The notes under the pieces: model-generated
Databases searched by the model: none
What the model was told of the DNA's origin: nothing
Seen by the model: the letters and a program-made list of their open reading frames with translations, nothing else
Shown here: piece by piece, positions 1 through 7,892 of the stretch
Numbering within the stretch: the stretch's first letter is position 1
Layout: every line of letters begins with the position of its first letter
Assembly (NCBI GenBank): GCA_036444275.1
Contig: JAZGAD010000027.1
Coordinates: forward strand, 1 to 21,259
Direction of reading: 5' to 3'
Source: Candidatus Hydrothermarchaeales archaeon
Lineage (GTDB): Archaea; Hydrothermarchaeota; Hydrothermarchaeia; Hydrothermarchaeales; JAZGAD01
Length of the DNA stretch: 21,259 nucleotides
Position numbers and translations under genes: made by a program

Positions 1-505
1 GGAGTATATTCGACACTAAAAGGACCTCTTCCCTCCAGTGATCAAAGACAATCAAATCCTTCACGAACATGAACTCGGCATCGTTCTGCTGTAGATCATC
101 TACGGTCTGGGCACCAATGTCCTCGAAATACCTTACGATGTCATAGGAGAAGTAACCCAACAAGCCCCCGAAGAACCTTGGCATTTTATCTCTATAGACG
201 TTATAACCTGAGAGCATTCCTCGAAGCACATCAAGTGGCTTCTCTACCTCTTCTTTTTTCACTCCATTTATCGAGAGCACTCTATCCTTTATGCTGAGGA
301 CCTTTTCTGGAGAATTCCCAAGGAAGGAGTACCTTGCTATCTTCTCCCCGGTTATCGCGGACTCCAGTAAAAAGGAGGGTCCGTCCTCCCGAAGTTTGGC
401 ATAGATATCAGTTGGCTTTAGCTCTGACTTCACGGCCTTAATACTGGGTATGACGCAGGGGAAGCCCAGCTCTTCAGAGATCCTTCGAACGTCTTCAAGT
501 TCCAT
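1..505 (-). CDS. trpE: Anthranilate synthase component I, N-terminal part (runs off the window edge)
   Basis: Not in the ORF track. Manual translation from the ATG at 505-503 gives MELEDVRRISEELGFPCVIPSIKAVKSELKPTDIYAKLREDGPSFLLESAITGEKIARYSFLG...PRFFGGLLGYFSYDIVRYFE. LLES, RYSFLG and GGLLGYFSYD are TrpE/PabB N-terminal motifs. The start overlaps the end of trpC. Confidence 0.9.
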   Translation of the reverse strand, partial: MELEDVRRISEELGFPCVIPSIKAVKSELKPTDIYAKLREDGPSFLLESAITGEKIARYSFLGNSPEKVLSIKDRVLSINGVKKEEVEKPLDVLRGMLSGYNVYRDKMPRFFGGLLGYFSYDIVRYFEDIGAQTVDDLQQNDAEFMFVKDLIVFDHWREEVLLVSNIL

Positions 506-1241
506 AGACAAACTCCCTTAATGTTTCCTTTACATTCTCTGCCTTCATCAGGGCACTTCCTACCAGGGCTGCATCGCAGTACTCAAGGACAAATCTAAGG
601 TCCTCTTCAGTGGTTATACCAGATGCACTCACCTTTATGCCGTCTATCCCCTTGGAGAATACCCGGCTCCTGTCCAAGTCAATCTCAAGGGTATCCTTGT
701 CACGGTTGTTTATCGCAAAGAATCTAGCACCTGCTTTATCAGCTTTCGCTACGTCCTTGAGCGAGTGGACCTCAACCAACGGCTCCATACCCCGGTCCCT
801 ACAACTACCGATGAAGCGGCCTAGATCTAAGACCGAGAAAAAGCTGGCTATGAGCAGTAGGGAATCTGCGCCGTAGTAGTAAGACTCCGGTATTTGAGCC
901 TCGTGGAAGATGAAATCCTTCCTTAGCACAGGCACTTTTGATGCCTTAGAGACCCTTTCTAGGTTGTTCAAGCTACCCCCAAAGTATTTTTCCTCAGTAA
1001 GCACCGAGATACCGCAAGCTCCCCCTTCTACAATATCCTGCGCTAAGGCCCCTGGGTCTACTACCTCTCTAAGCTTACCAACTGGTGATGAGGGCTTTAT
1101 CTCAGCTATTATCGGATTATTTGGTTCCTCTAATATAGCGTTTTCAAAACTCCTAGGCGCCCTATCTATCTTAACGTCACCCTCGAATGCCTTATACCTA
1201 GCTTTACAGTCCTCAAGGATAGTGCTGAAATTTACTTTCAT
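495..1241 (-). CDS. trpC: Indole-3-glycerol phosphate synthase
   Basis: Motifs IIAEIKPSSP, SVLTEEKYFGGS, LRKDFI, GADSLLLI, LVEVH, INNRD, LVGSALM. Start placed at 1241 (MKVNF) because GGTGA lies just upstream; the ORF track starts at 1259. Confidence 0.95.
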   Translation of the reverse strand: MKVNFSTILEDCKARYKAFEGDVKIDRAPRSFENAILEEPNNPIIAEIKPSSPVGKLREVVDPGALAQDIVEGGACGISVLTEEKYFGGSLNNLERVSKASKVPVLRKDFIFHEAQIPESYYYGADSLLLIASFFSVLDLGRFIGSCRDRGMEPLVEVHSLKDVAKADKAGARFFAINNRDKDTLEIDLDRSRVFSKGIDGIKVSASGITTEEDLRFVLEYCDAALVGSALMKAENVKETLREFVYGT

Positions 1242-1252
1242 ATCTTCACCAA

Positions 1253-1295
1253 TGTTCATAACTGTACTTTAATGTATAGTTATATACTATATAAA
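1253..1295 (-). promoter_or_regulatory. trp operon promoter with four tandem TRP boxes (TrpY-type operator)
   Basis: TGTTCA (1253-58), TGTACT (1263-68), TGTATA (1273-78) and TATACT (1283-88) repeat at an exact 10-bp period and match TGTACA-N4. The minus-strand TATA box TTTATATA is at 1288-1295. Confidence 0.75.
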
Positions 1296-1428
1296 CATTT
1301 GTAGGGCTTATAACTTAGTAGAAAATTGACTAACCTAAAAAATATGTCGAGCATCTATGGCGATTGGTACCTAACCTAACCGTCACTGGCCAAAAGATAT
1401 TTATCTTGTTGAAAAGCTATCTCAGAGC

Positions 1429-1833
1429 ATGGCACTAGAAGGTCCTCCCGGAGAGGAAAAGAAAGTAGGGGACATAATGCAAGAGGATGTCATCAGTGTC
1501 AATTTCAATACCCCTGTGAGTGAGGTCATTAAGATAATGAAAGGGGAAGGCATATCGGGTTTGGTGGTAGTGGATCTAATTGGGGAGGTGGTAGGGGTGG
1601 TCTCCACTCTGGATGTCTTTAAGACATTCATGAGCAAAACCAAAGTGGATTCTCTCGTCGCTGAGGATATAATGACTCCTTATATCATAAACGTCGTACC
1701 AGAGGATTCCATATTCAATGCTGCTTCCATCATGTTGGAGAACAATATCCACAGGTTAGTGGTTGTCGTATCACCGAGTAGGCGGAGACCCATAGGCATC
1801 GTCACAGCCACTGATGTGATTAATAATATATAG
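1429..1833 (+). CDS. Stand-alone tandem CBS domain protein
   Basis: Two CBS repeats (VGDIMQEDVISV...ISGLVVVD...GVVSTLDV; AEDIMTP...IHRLVVV...GIVTATDV). A TATA-like TATTTATC about 25 bp upstream suggests a leaderless transcript. Confidence 0.9.
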   Translation: MALEGPPGEEKKVGDIMQEDVISVNFNTPVSEVIKIMKGEGISGLVVVDLIGEVVGVVSTLDVFKTFMSKTKVDSLVAEDIMTPYIINVVPEDSIFNAASIMLENNIHRLVVVVSPSRRRPIGIVTATDVINNI

Positions 1834-1859
1834 GTTGGTCACGCCAAAAGAGAGGCCGT

Positions 1860-2048
1860 ATGGAGATCAAAGACACCTGCTGTTTCTGCGGCACTTGTGT
1901 GGATGTGTGCCCCAGGAATGCGCTAGAGCTATTGGATACCGGCAAGGTTGATGTAGACCCCTCAGCGTGCATGGAATACCGCTGCAGGAGATGGAAGTGC
2001 AGTCTATGCGCCATGATATGCCCTGTAGGAGCCATCCTCATCAGGTGA
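1860..2048 (+). CDS. Small 4Fe-4S ferredoxin, probable electron donor to the reductase
   Basis: CxxCxxCxxxCP (CCFCGTCVDVCP) plus a second motif with an insertion (CMEYRCRRWKCSLCAMICPVGA). Directly upstream of the GGR gene. Confidence 0.88.
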   Translation: MEIKDTCCFCGTCVDVCPRNALELLDTGKVDVDPSACMEYRCRRWKCSLCAMICPVGAILIR

Positions 2049-2063
2049 ATTGTGGGTGAATGT

Positions 2064-3230
2064 ATGGACTATGACGTTGTAGTAGTAGGGGCTGGACCCG
2101 CTGGGAGCATGGTTGCTAGGACCCTCGCTGAAAATGGAGCAAGCGTTTTAGTAGTGGAGAAGAGACCTGAGATAGGCATGCCTGTCAGGTGCGGTGAGGC
2201 AACAGGGCTAAGGACTCTACAGGAATTCGCTATTCCAAAGGATGAGCGGTTTATAGTCAATGAGACTAATGGAGTGTATATCTTTTCTCCAGATGGCACT
2301 AGGGCGGAGATGCTGAGCAGCGAGCCTAATACTTATATATTGGAGAGGAGGTATTTCGATAAATACTTGGCAATTCAAGCGGCTAGAGCCGGCGCAGAGG
2401 TTGTGACTAAGGCATATGCTACCGGCCTTTTGAGAAATGAAGGTGCCGTGAGGGTTAAACTCAAGCGCTTCGGGGATAATACTACAATCAAGTGCAAGTG
2501 TGTCGTTGGAGCCGATGGCGTAGAGAGCAAAGTGGGGAGATGGGTAGGTATAGATACGAGGACACCCCTTCAACAGATGTCCTCTAGTGTCCAGTTCGAG
2601 ATAGCGGGAGTTGATGTGGACCCTGATATCTTAGAGTTCTACTTTGGCAACCGGGTAGCGCCCAAAGGATATGTATGGGTCTTCCCAAAGGGAAAAGACG
2701 TAGCCAATGTGGGCCTAGGGGTAAGGGGGCATTCTGCTACAGCCTTCTCATACCTTAAGAAGTTTATAGCGTCAAAGCCGAACCTGAGGAAGGGAAGCGT
2801 AGTGGGAATCGTTGCAGGGGGAGTGCCTGTTGAAGGACCGGTTAAGAAGAGCGTAGCAGATGGCGTGCTCCTTGTCGGAGACGCGGCTAGGCAAGTGGAT
2901 CCTCTCACCGGAGGAGGGATTTATAATGCAATGCACTGTGGCGTTATAGCTGGACAGGTGATAACGGAGGCTCTTGAAAGGGAAGACTTCTCAGCGGCAA
3001 GCCTCTCTATCTATGAGGAGCGATGGCGAGCTGAGATAGGGCAGAAGCTCCTGAAATCCCAACGTATCAAAGAGGCCATGGAAAAGCTCAGCGACAGCGA
3101 TTTGAACAAGATAGTAAAGGCTATGCAGAATGTGAACTGGGGGGACATGAACATAAAGGATGTGACTAAGATGGTATTCCGCATGCCACCTGAGCTCCTG
3201 AACTTCATTAGAAACCTGCTCAAGAAGTAA
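2064..3230 (+). CDS. Digeranylgeranylglycerophospholipid reductase (geranylgeranyl reductase family FAD oxidoreductase)
   Basis: GAGPAG FAD motif, PVRCGEA, PKGYVWVFPK (PxxYxWxFP) and GDAARQVDPLTGGGI. ATG at 2064 follows GGTGA; the ORF track starts at the GTG at 2052. Confidence 0.92.
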   Translation: MDYDVVVVGAGPAGSMVARTLAENGASVLVVEKRPEIGMPVRCGEATGLRTLQEFAIPKDERFIVNETNGVYIFSPDGTRAEMLSSEPNTYILERRYFDKYLAIQAARAGAEVVTKAYATGLLRNEGAVRVKLKRFGDNTTIKCKCVVGADGVESKVGRWVGIDTRTPLQQMSSSVQFEIAGVDVDPDILEFYFGNRVAPKGYVWVFPKGKDVANVGLGVRGHSATAFSYLKKFIASKPNLRKGSVVGIVAGGVPVEGPVKKSVADGVLLVGDAARQVDPLTGGGIYNAMHCGVIAGQVITEALEREDFSAASLSIYEERWRAEIGQKLLKSQRIKEAMEKLSDSDLNKIVKAMQNVNWGDMNIKDVTKMVFRMPPELLNFIRNLLKK

Positions 3231-3303
3231 ACTCAAATTTTAGAGATCCTCATTTGTGAAATAAAACCAAAATATAAAAAGCCGTTAGGCATATCCAATT
3301 CCA

Positions 3304-3660
3304 ATGGAATACAAGCAGGTCATAGTGGTAAGAGGGGACCTAAAGATGAGCAGAGGCAAGACCTGTGCTCAAGTGGCGCATGCATCCCTTGGCAGCGCGG
3401 AGAAGGTGCAGGAGTTTAGAAAGGAATGGCGTGCGGCTTGGAAACGTGAAGGGCAGAGGAAAGTCGTAGTAAAAGTGGAGGATGAGAAGACGCTCTTCGA
3501 GTTACTGCATCAGTCAAAAGAAGCTGGAATTCCATGTTATCTCGTCGAAGATGCTGGCTTAACAGAACTGGAGCCGGGTACAACTACCACTCTAGGTATA
3601 GGCCCAGCACCCGGGGAAATAATAGATAGAATAACCGGCGATCTAGAGTTACTGCGATGA
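3304..3660 (+). CDS. pth2: Peptidyl-tRNA hydrolase Pth2 (archaeal/eukaryotic type)
   Basis: KQVIVVRGDLKMSRGKTCAQVAHAS, GQRKVVVK, DAGLTELEPGTTTTLGIGP, IDRITGDLELL. Confidence 0.96.
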   Translation: MEYKQVIVVRGDLKMSRGKTCAQVAHASLGSAEKVQEFRKEWRAAWKREGQRKVVVKVEDEKTLFELLHQSKEAGIPCYLVEDAGLTELEPGTTTTLGIGPAPGEIIDRITGDLELLR

Positions 3661-4844
3661 AGACGAGAAGTCCTTATCCCCTTGACCGATTTTTAGGTTT
3701 AGAATATTTTATCACTACGACTCCAGGCATAGGTGGGAAGCTACGCACCGTCACCAAGGATTTTGTAGTAGAGGAGCTTCATGGAGATGCTGTCGAAACA
3801 CCTGGAGATTACACGCATTTCACTCTCGAAAAGGAAAACTGGGATGGTATGGGGGCTGTCAAGGCGATGGCTCGTGCACTAAAGGTTTCTCTAAAGCGCT
3901 TCGGTTTTGCTGGCACCAAAGACAAACGGGCAGTGACAAGGCAGAGAGTGTCTGTCTGGAGGATAGAGCCTGAAGAACTCCAGAGATTAAGGATAAAAGG
4001 AATAACCCTTTCGGACTTCGTGAAATCAGATAGGAGGATATCTCTGGGCGATTCCCTGGGAAACAGATTCGAGATAATCATCAGAGACGTGGACATGGAT
4101 CCAGATAAAGCGAGAGAGATAATAGATGAGACAATTGAACAACTCACGGAAAGGGGAATTCCAAATTACTTCGGTTACCAGCGTTTTGGCATCAGAAGGC
4201 CTAACACGCACTTGGTAGGGCGGGAGCTCGTCAAGGGAGATCTAGAGGGGGCTGTGATGGCCTATCTCGGTAACCCAGTTGAAGGGGAGAGCGAAGATGT
4301 ACAAGAAGCCCGGAGGTTCGTGCAGGACACGAGGGACTTTAAAAAAGCGCTAGAGATATTTCCAAAGAGGCTCGGCTACGAGCGCTCTATGCTGGACGCC
4401 CTGTCGAAGAATCCCCGGGACTACGCTGGAGCATTAAGGAGGCTGCCGAAGAAGATAGGTAGGCTTTTAGTACATGCTTATCAGGGCTACTTGTTCAACA
4501 AAGTGTTGAGTGCAATGCTAGAAGAGGATATGGAAATAAGAGGAATAGAGATCCCTTTATTTGGGTATAAGGGTGAATTCAGCAGTGGCAGACAGGGAGA
4601 ACTTGAGAAGAAGATTATTGACGATGAGCATACATCCATGAGGCGCTTTCACATAAAGGCGATGCCCGAACTCAGCTCTGCTGGTGACCAAAGGAACGCT
4701 TGTATAAGCACTAATATAGGCTTCCAGTTATCAAAGGAAGTTACAGACAAGCTCAAGGTTGTGGTAGGATTTGAACTGCCGAAGGGGAGCTATGCCACAG
4801 TTGTACTACGCGAGCTCATGAAGAGTGAGCCATTAAGCTACTGA
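3657..4844 (+). CDS. truD: tRNA pseudouridine(13) synthase TruD/Pus7
   Basis: DFVVEE, catalytic motif FAGTKDKRAVTRQ, GNRFEI, PNYFGYQRFG, FELPKGSYATVVLRE. ATGA overlap with pth2. Confidence 0.96.
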   Translation: MKTRSPYPLDRFLGLEYFITTTPGIGGKLRTVTKDFVVEELHGDAVETPGDYTHFTLEKENWDGMGAVKAMARALKVSLKRFGFAGTKDKRAVTRQRVSVWRIEPEELQRLRIKGITLSDFVKSDRRISLGDSLGNRFEIIIRDVDMDPDKAREIIDETIEQLTERGIPNYFGYQRFGIRRPNTHLVGRELVKGDLEGAVMAYLGNPVEGESEDVQEARRFVQDTRDFKKALEIFPKRLGYERSMLDALSKNPRDYAGALRRLPKKIGRLLVHAYQGYLFNKVLSAMLEEDMEIRGIEIPLFGYKGEFSSGRQGELEKKIIDDEHTSMRRFHIKAMPELSSAGDQRNACISTNIGFQLSKEVTDKLKVVVGFELPKGSYATVVLRELMKSEPLSY

Positions 4845-5820
4845 TCTCCTTCTCTAAAGCTTCAAGGGGATGCTCCATATTCTTCAGCTCTGTCTCAGCC
4901 GCAGTCCTCATATCTATTTTTTTATCCTCTATCGCACTCAGCCGAACTAGTATCTCATTAAGGTCAGTGGCATGTTCCATCAGCCCCTTTTCGATGAGAT
5001 ATTTATCCACCCCCAGTAGCTCTTGGGGATAGTAAGAGATGGTAGGGGTACCTAAGAGGGCACTCTCCCTATTCATAGTTCCGCCTCCGCCCAGAAATGC
5101 CTTGGCGTGGTAGATGAGGCTGAGGGAATCGATATTCTTGACGTTGACTGCGCCGTCGTATTCCTCGCTGCCCCTAGGTATGACTGCACATTCATAGCCT
5201 ATCTCTACGAGGCTTTTGATCAATTTTTGTGTAAGAGAACTCTCCCTGAAGTATGCTGCTGAGGAAGGCTCTGGTCTGATGAGCACGTAATTCCGGCTGG
5301 GGAGAGCGACATCACGGCTGGGCTGGAAACCCCCTATGTTAGCGACCTCGCATATTCCCTTGAAGCTCTGCAGCTGCCCCCAACTTGCCCCCTGCATGAG
5401 GAGCTTTCCACGTTCAAGTGCATCCGGCACTATAATCCTATGACAGAGAGGCAGAAATAGCTTGTTCTGGTGCTCCGCATGCTCGTTGTCCACGAATTGC
5501 AGGACCGGGATACCTAAGCCAAATGCCACCCTAGGGAGCTCTACCGAGTGCTTCGATATCGCCAGATGCACTTTTCCTGCAATTTCGGATATAAGCTCTG
5601 CTAAAACAGTTGCCCTTGTAGAACTCTCAATCAGCTTATCTTTTATGTCTCTGCCGCCGTGTGACCCTACTGGTGTGTTGTCTATCCTATGCTTATTCAG
5701 CATTTCCCGTAGATTCCCGAAGTCCCTAGAAGTAACAAGGACTTCGTCGTCTTCCATGCTTCTTATGAATTCCTTAAAGAACATCACGTGAGGTGGGTTA
5801 GTTATGTCTATCCAGATCAC
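4816..5820 (-). CDS. DUF354 family protein (predicted GT-B fold glycosyltransferase-like)
   Basis: MIWIDITNPPHVMFF, SVELPRVAFGLGIP, DNEHA, RPEP, GGGGTMNRESALLGTPTIS. GTG start overlaps the upstream stop (GTGA at 5817-5820). The 3' end overlaps truD convergently by 29 bp. Confidence 0.85.
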   Translation of the reverse strand: MIWIDITNPPHVMFFKEFIRSMEDDEVLVTSRDFGNLREMLNKHRIDNTPVGSHGGRDIKDKLIESSTRATVLAELISEIAGKVHLAISKHSVELPRVAFGLGIPVLQFVDNEHAEHQNKLFLPLCHRIIVPDALERGKLLMQGASWGQLQSFKGICEVANIGGFQPSRDVALPSRNYVLIRPEPSSAAYFRESSLTQKLIKSLVEIGYECAVIPRGSEEYDGAVNVKNIDSLSLIYHAKAFLGGGGTMNRESALLGTPTISYYPQELLGVDKYLIEKGLMEHATDLNEILVRLSAIEDKKIDMRTAAETELKNMEHPLEALEKEISSLMAHSS

Positions 5821-6749
5821 AGGAACACCTCCAGTGCAAATGCGATGCTACAGAAAACAGCCTCAACTGCCCAAACCCTGTGCACTACATCAATCTCTGT
5901 CATATCATGCCTCACCAGGAATAATCGAGGTAGTGATATATTTCCTCCTTCAGGAGTGTAAAGCTTTCCCTCTCTTACCAGCGTAGGCTTTTGAGATTCC
6001 CTCGTCATAACGCCTACTGAGAAATACTTCAAGGCAGCGTCTATGGCGTAGGGAACGAATACCAAGCTGCCAGCTAATTCGAATTTGCCTAGAATCACGG
6101 CTGTAAAGAGAGCTGCACCAATCGGCAGGGTGCCAACGTCCCCAGGGAAGGCTCTAGCAGGATATCTGTTGTAGTAAAGGAAAGCCAGCAGGACGCAGAA
6201 CATGGTAAAGGCGAGGGCAAAACTGGCTTGCGCATTGTTAAGTAAAGCGAGGAGGGCTATGCCCAGAGATGCTATCGCGCCTGTACCCACTTCCAGGCCG
6301 TTGAAGCCCGCCAGCATGTTGGTGAAGTTGCATGCTATAGCAAAAAGGAGCGGTAGCGCTAGAAGATATATTATTCCAAGATTATAGCCAAAGAGGGTTG
6401 GCTTAGCGTAGGGAACCAAGACCAGCCCAACTATTGTTAGGGAGAGCATCTTCTGCATTGGACCTAGTTTTCTAACGCCGTCGACAATGCCTATTGCACC
6501 TGCCAATATGACTACTAGTGTGCCTATTATGAGCTCTATCCATCCATAGTACAGGTAAGCAGCGGACAGTGATACCAGGAAACCCAAGAGTATCGCGAGG
6601 CCCACCATCTCCGGCACCTCTCGTCCATCTTCTTTATGCAGGTCTATACCTATGACGCCCCTGTTCTTCAGCGTCCTTGCAATGCCGGGCGTAACTGCTA
6701 GCGTTATGAAGAATGACAGGAAACCGAAGGCCAGTAGAAGTAGAAACAT
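5817..6749 (-). CDS. MraY/WecA/GPT-family polyprenyl-phosphate N-acetylhexosamine-1-phosphate transferase (AglH-like)
   Basis: Multi-TM protein with GIDLHK...VPEMVG, GIVDG, NFTNMLAGFNGLE and YNRYPARAFPGDVGT, typical of the GPT/AglH subfamily. Confidence 0.9.
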   Translation of the reverse strand: MFLLLLAFGFLSFFITLAVTPGIARTLKNRGVIGIDLHKEDGREVPEMVGLAILLGFLVSLSAAYLYYGWIELIIGTLVVILAGAIGIVDGVRKLGPMQKMLSLTIVGLVLVPYAKPTLFGYNLGIIYLLALPLLFAIACNFTNMLAGFNGLEVGTGAIASLGIALLALLNNAQASFALAFTMFCVLLAFLYYNRYPARAFPGDVGTLPIGAALFTAVILGKFELAGSLVFVPYAIDAALKYFSVGVMTRESQKPTLVREGKLYTPEGGNISLPRLFLVRHDMTEIDVVHRVWAVEAVFCSIAFALEVFL

Positions 6750-6758
6750 CCCTCTCCC

Positions 6759-7892
6759 CTAAGCAATCTCGAAGAAATAGAGGCTGCCGTCACTAGCTGC
6801 TACCGCGAGGTATTTATCGTCTGGTGAAAACACTACTCGATTCACATAGCTCCCTATGGGATATTTAACAACTAATTTCCCATCCCTATTAAGAAGGTAG
6901 AGGTTCTTATCCCAAGAGCCAACTGCCACATAGCTGGCATCAGAGGAGAGAGCCACGCCGTAGTTCAGGCGCCCTGTCTCGTATTTCCATAGAAGACTAT
7001 TCCCCTTATAGAGATAGACGTCATTGTCATGAGCAGCAACAGCTACGTAGTCTCCATTTGGAGAAACATCTACTCCGAGAACAAGGCTTCTCGACCCACG
7101 GGTATCCTCCCAGCTCAGCTCCCCTGCAGCATCAAAGAAATAGGTGTATGCATCGTCGCTCCCTGCAACAAGCCGGCCGTCAGATGTTAGGGCTACATCC
7201 CAGACACCCCAGGCGCTGTGCCTTGTCTCATGCTCCCATAATATGGCGCCTTTTTTATCCATACGAATGATCTTATCATTATCCAAGCCAAACACGATGG
7301 AATCACCTGTGGGGGAGATTGCTATACCCTTGGAGAGGCTCTCTGTCTCCTTTTTCCAGAGGAGTTTTCCTGACTTATCAAATAGGTAGACGGTGCCGTT
7401 GGGTATCACATAGCTGGTTGCAACTATACGATCCCCGCTTGGAGTAATATCCACGTCATTTACACTGCCCCTGGCCTTAAATTTCCAGAGGAGCTCGCCA
7501 CTCTTATCCAGCACATGCACATGATGATCCCAAGAGCCTGCGACTACTATATCGCCGTTGGTTGAGACTGCAGCACCGTAGACATCCTTTCCGGTTTCAT
7601 AGCTCCAGAGGAGTTTCAGCGGCGTGTAATCAGCCTTTACAGGTGCCTGAGTCTGCTGTGGAGTAGGAGCAGGTGTTGACGGGGGTGTAGGGGCAGGAGT
7701 TGCTGCTGGTGTTGAAGTCGGAGTAGCCCATGGTAATTCAGCTGAGATTGTTGGAAAGGGGGATTCAGTAGGGATTATAGTTTGAGCAGGTAGCTCAGGG
7801 GCAAGTGTAAGGGAAGTTGGAGCAGCTTCTTCTGGGGCCTGGACGCATGCAGCTACAGCCATTAGACACAGAAGCAATAAGGGAAGCCTCAT
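6759..7892 (-). CDS. Putative lipoprotein with Pro/Thr-rich linker and WD40/PQQ-like beta-propeller
   Basis: Hydrophobic signal ending in VAA-C (lipobox-like), a PTSTPAATPAPTPPSTPAPTP linker, then about 7 repeats of the type VxxVAxSxDGxxVxAGSWDxxVYLxDxxGxLLW. ATGA overlap with the polymerase stop. Confidence 0.82.
   Translation of the reverse strand: MRLPLLLLCLMAVAACVQAPEEAAPTSLTLAPELPAQTIIPTESPFPTISAELPWATPTSTPAATPAPTPPSTPAPTPQQTQAPVKADYTPLKLLWSYETGKDVYGAAVSTNGDIVVAGSWDHHVHVLDKSGELLWKFKARGSVNDVDITPSGDRIVATSYVIPNGTVYLFDKSGKLLWKKETESLSKGIAISPTGDSIVFGLDNDKIIRMDKKGAILWEHETRHSAWGVWDVALTSDGRLVAGSDDAYTYFFDAAGELSWEDTRGSRSLVLGVDVSPNGDYVAVAAHDNDVYLYKGNSLLWKYETGRLNYGVALSSDASYVAVGSWDKNLYLLNRDGKLVVKYPIGSYVNRVVFSPDDKYLAVAASDGSLYFFEIA

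Noticed and set aside
7650-7730. Repetitive GGAGTAGGAGCAGGTGTT-type sequence
   Set aside because: It simply encodes the Pro/Thr linker; it is not a CRISPR array or an independent DNA repeat.
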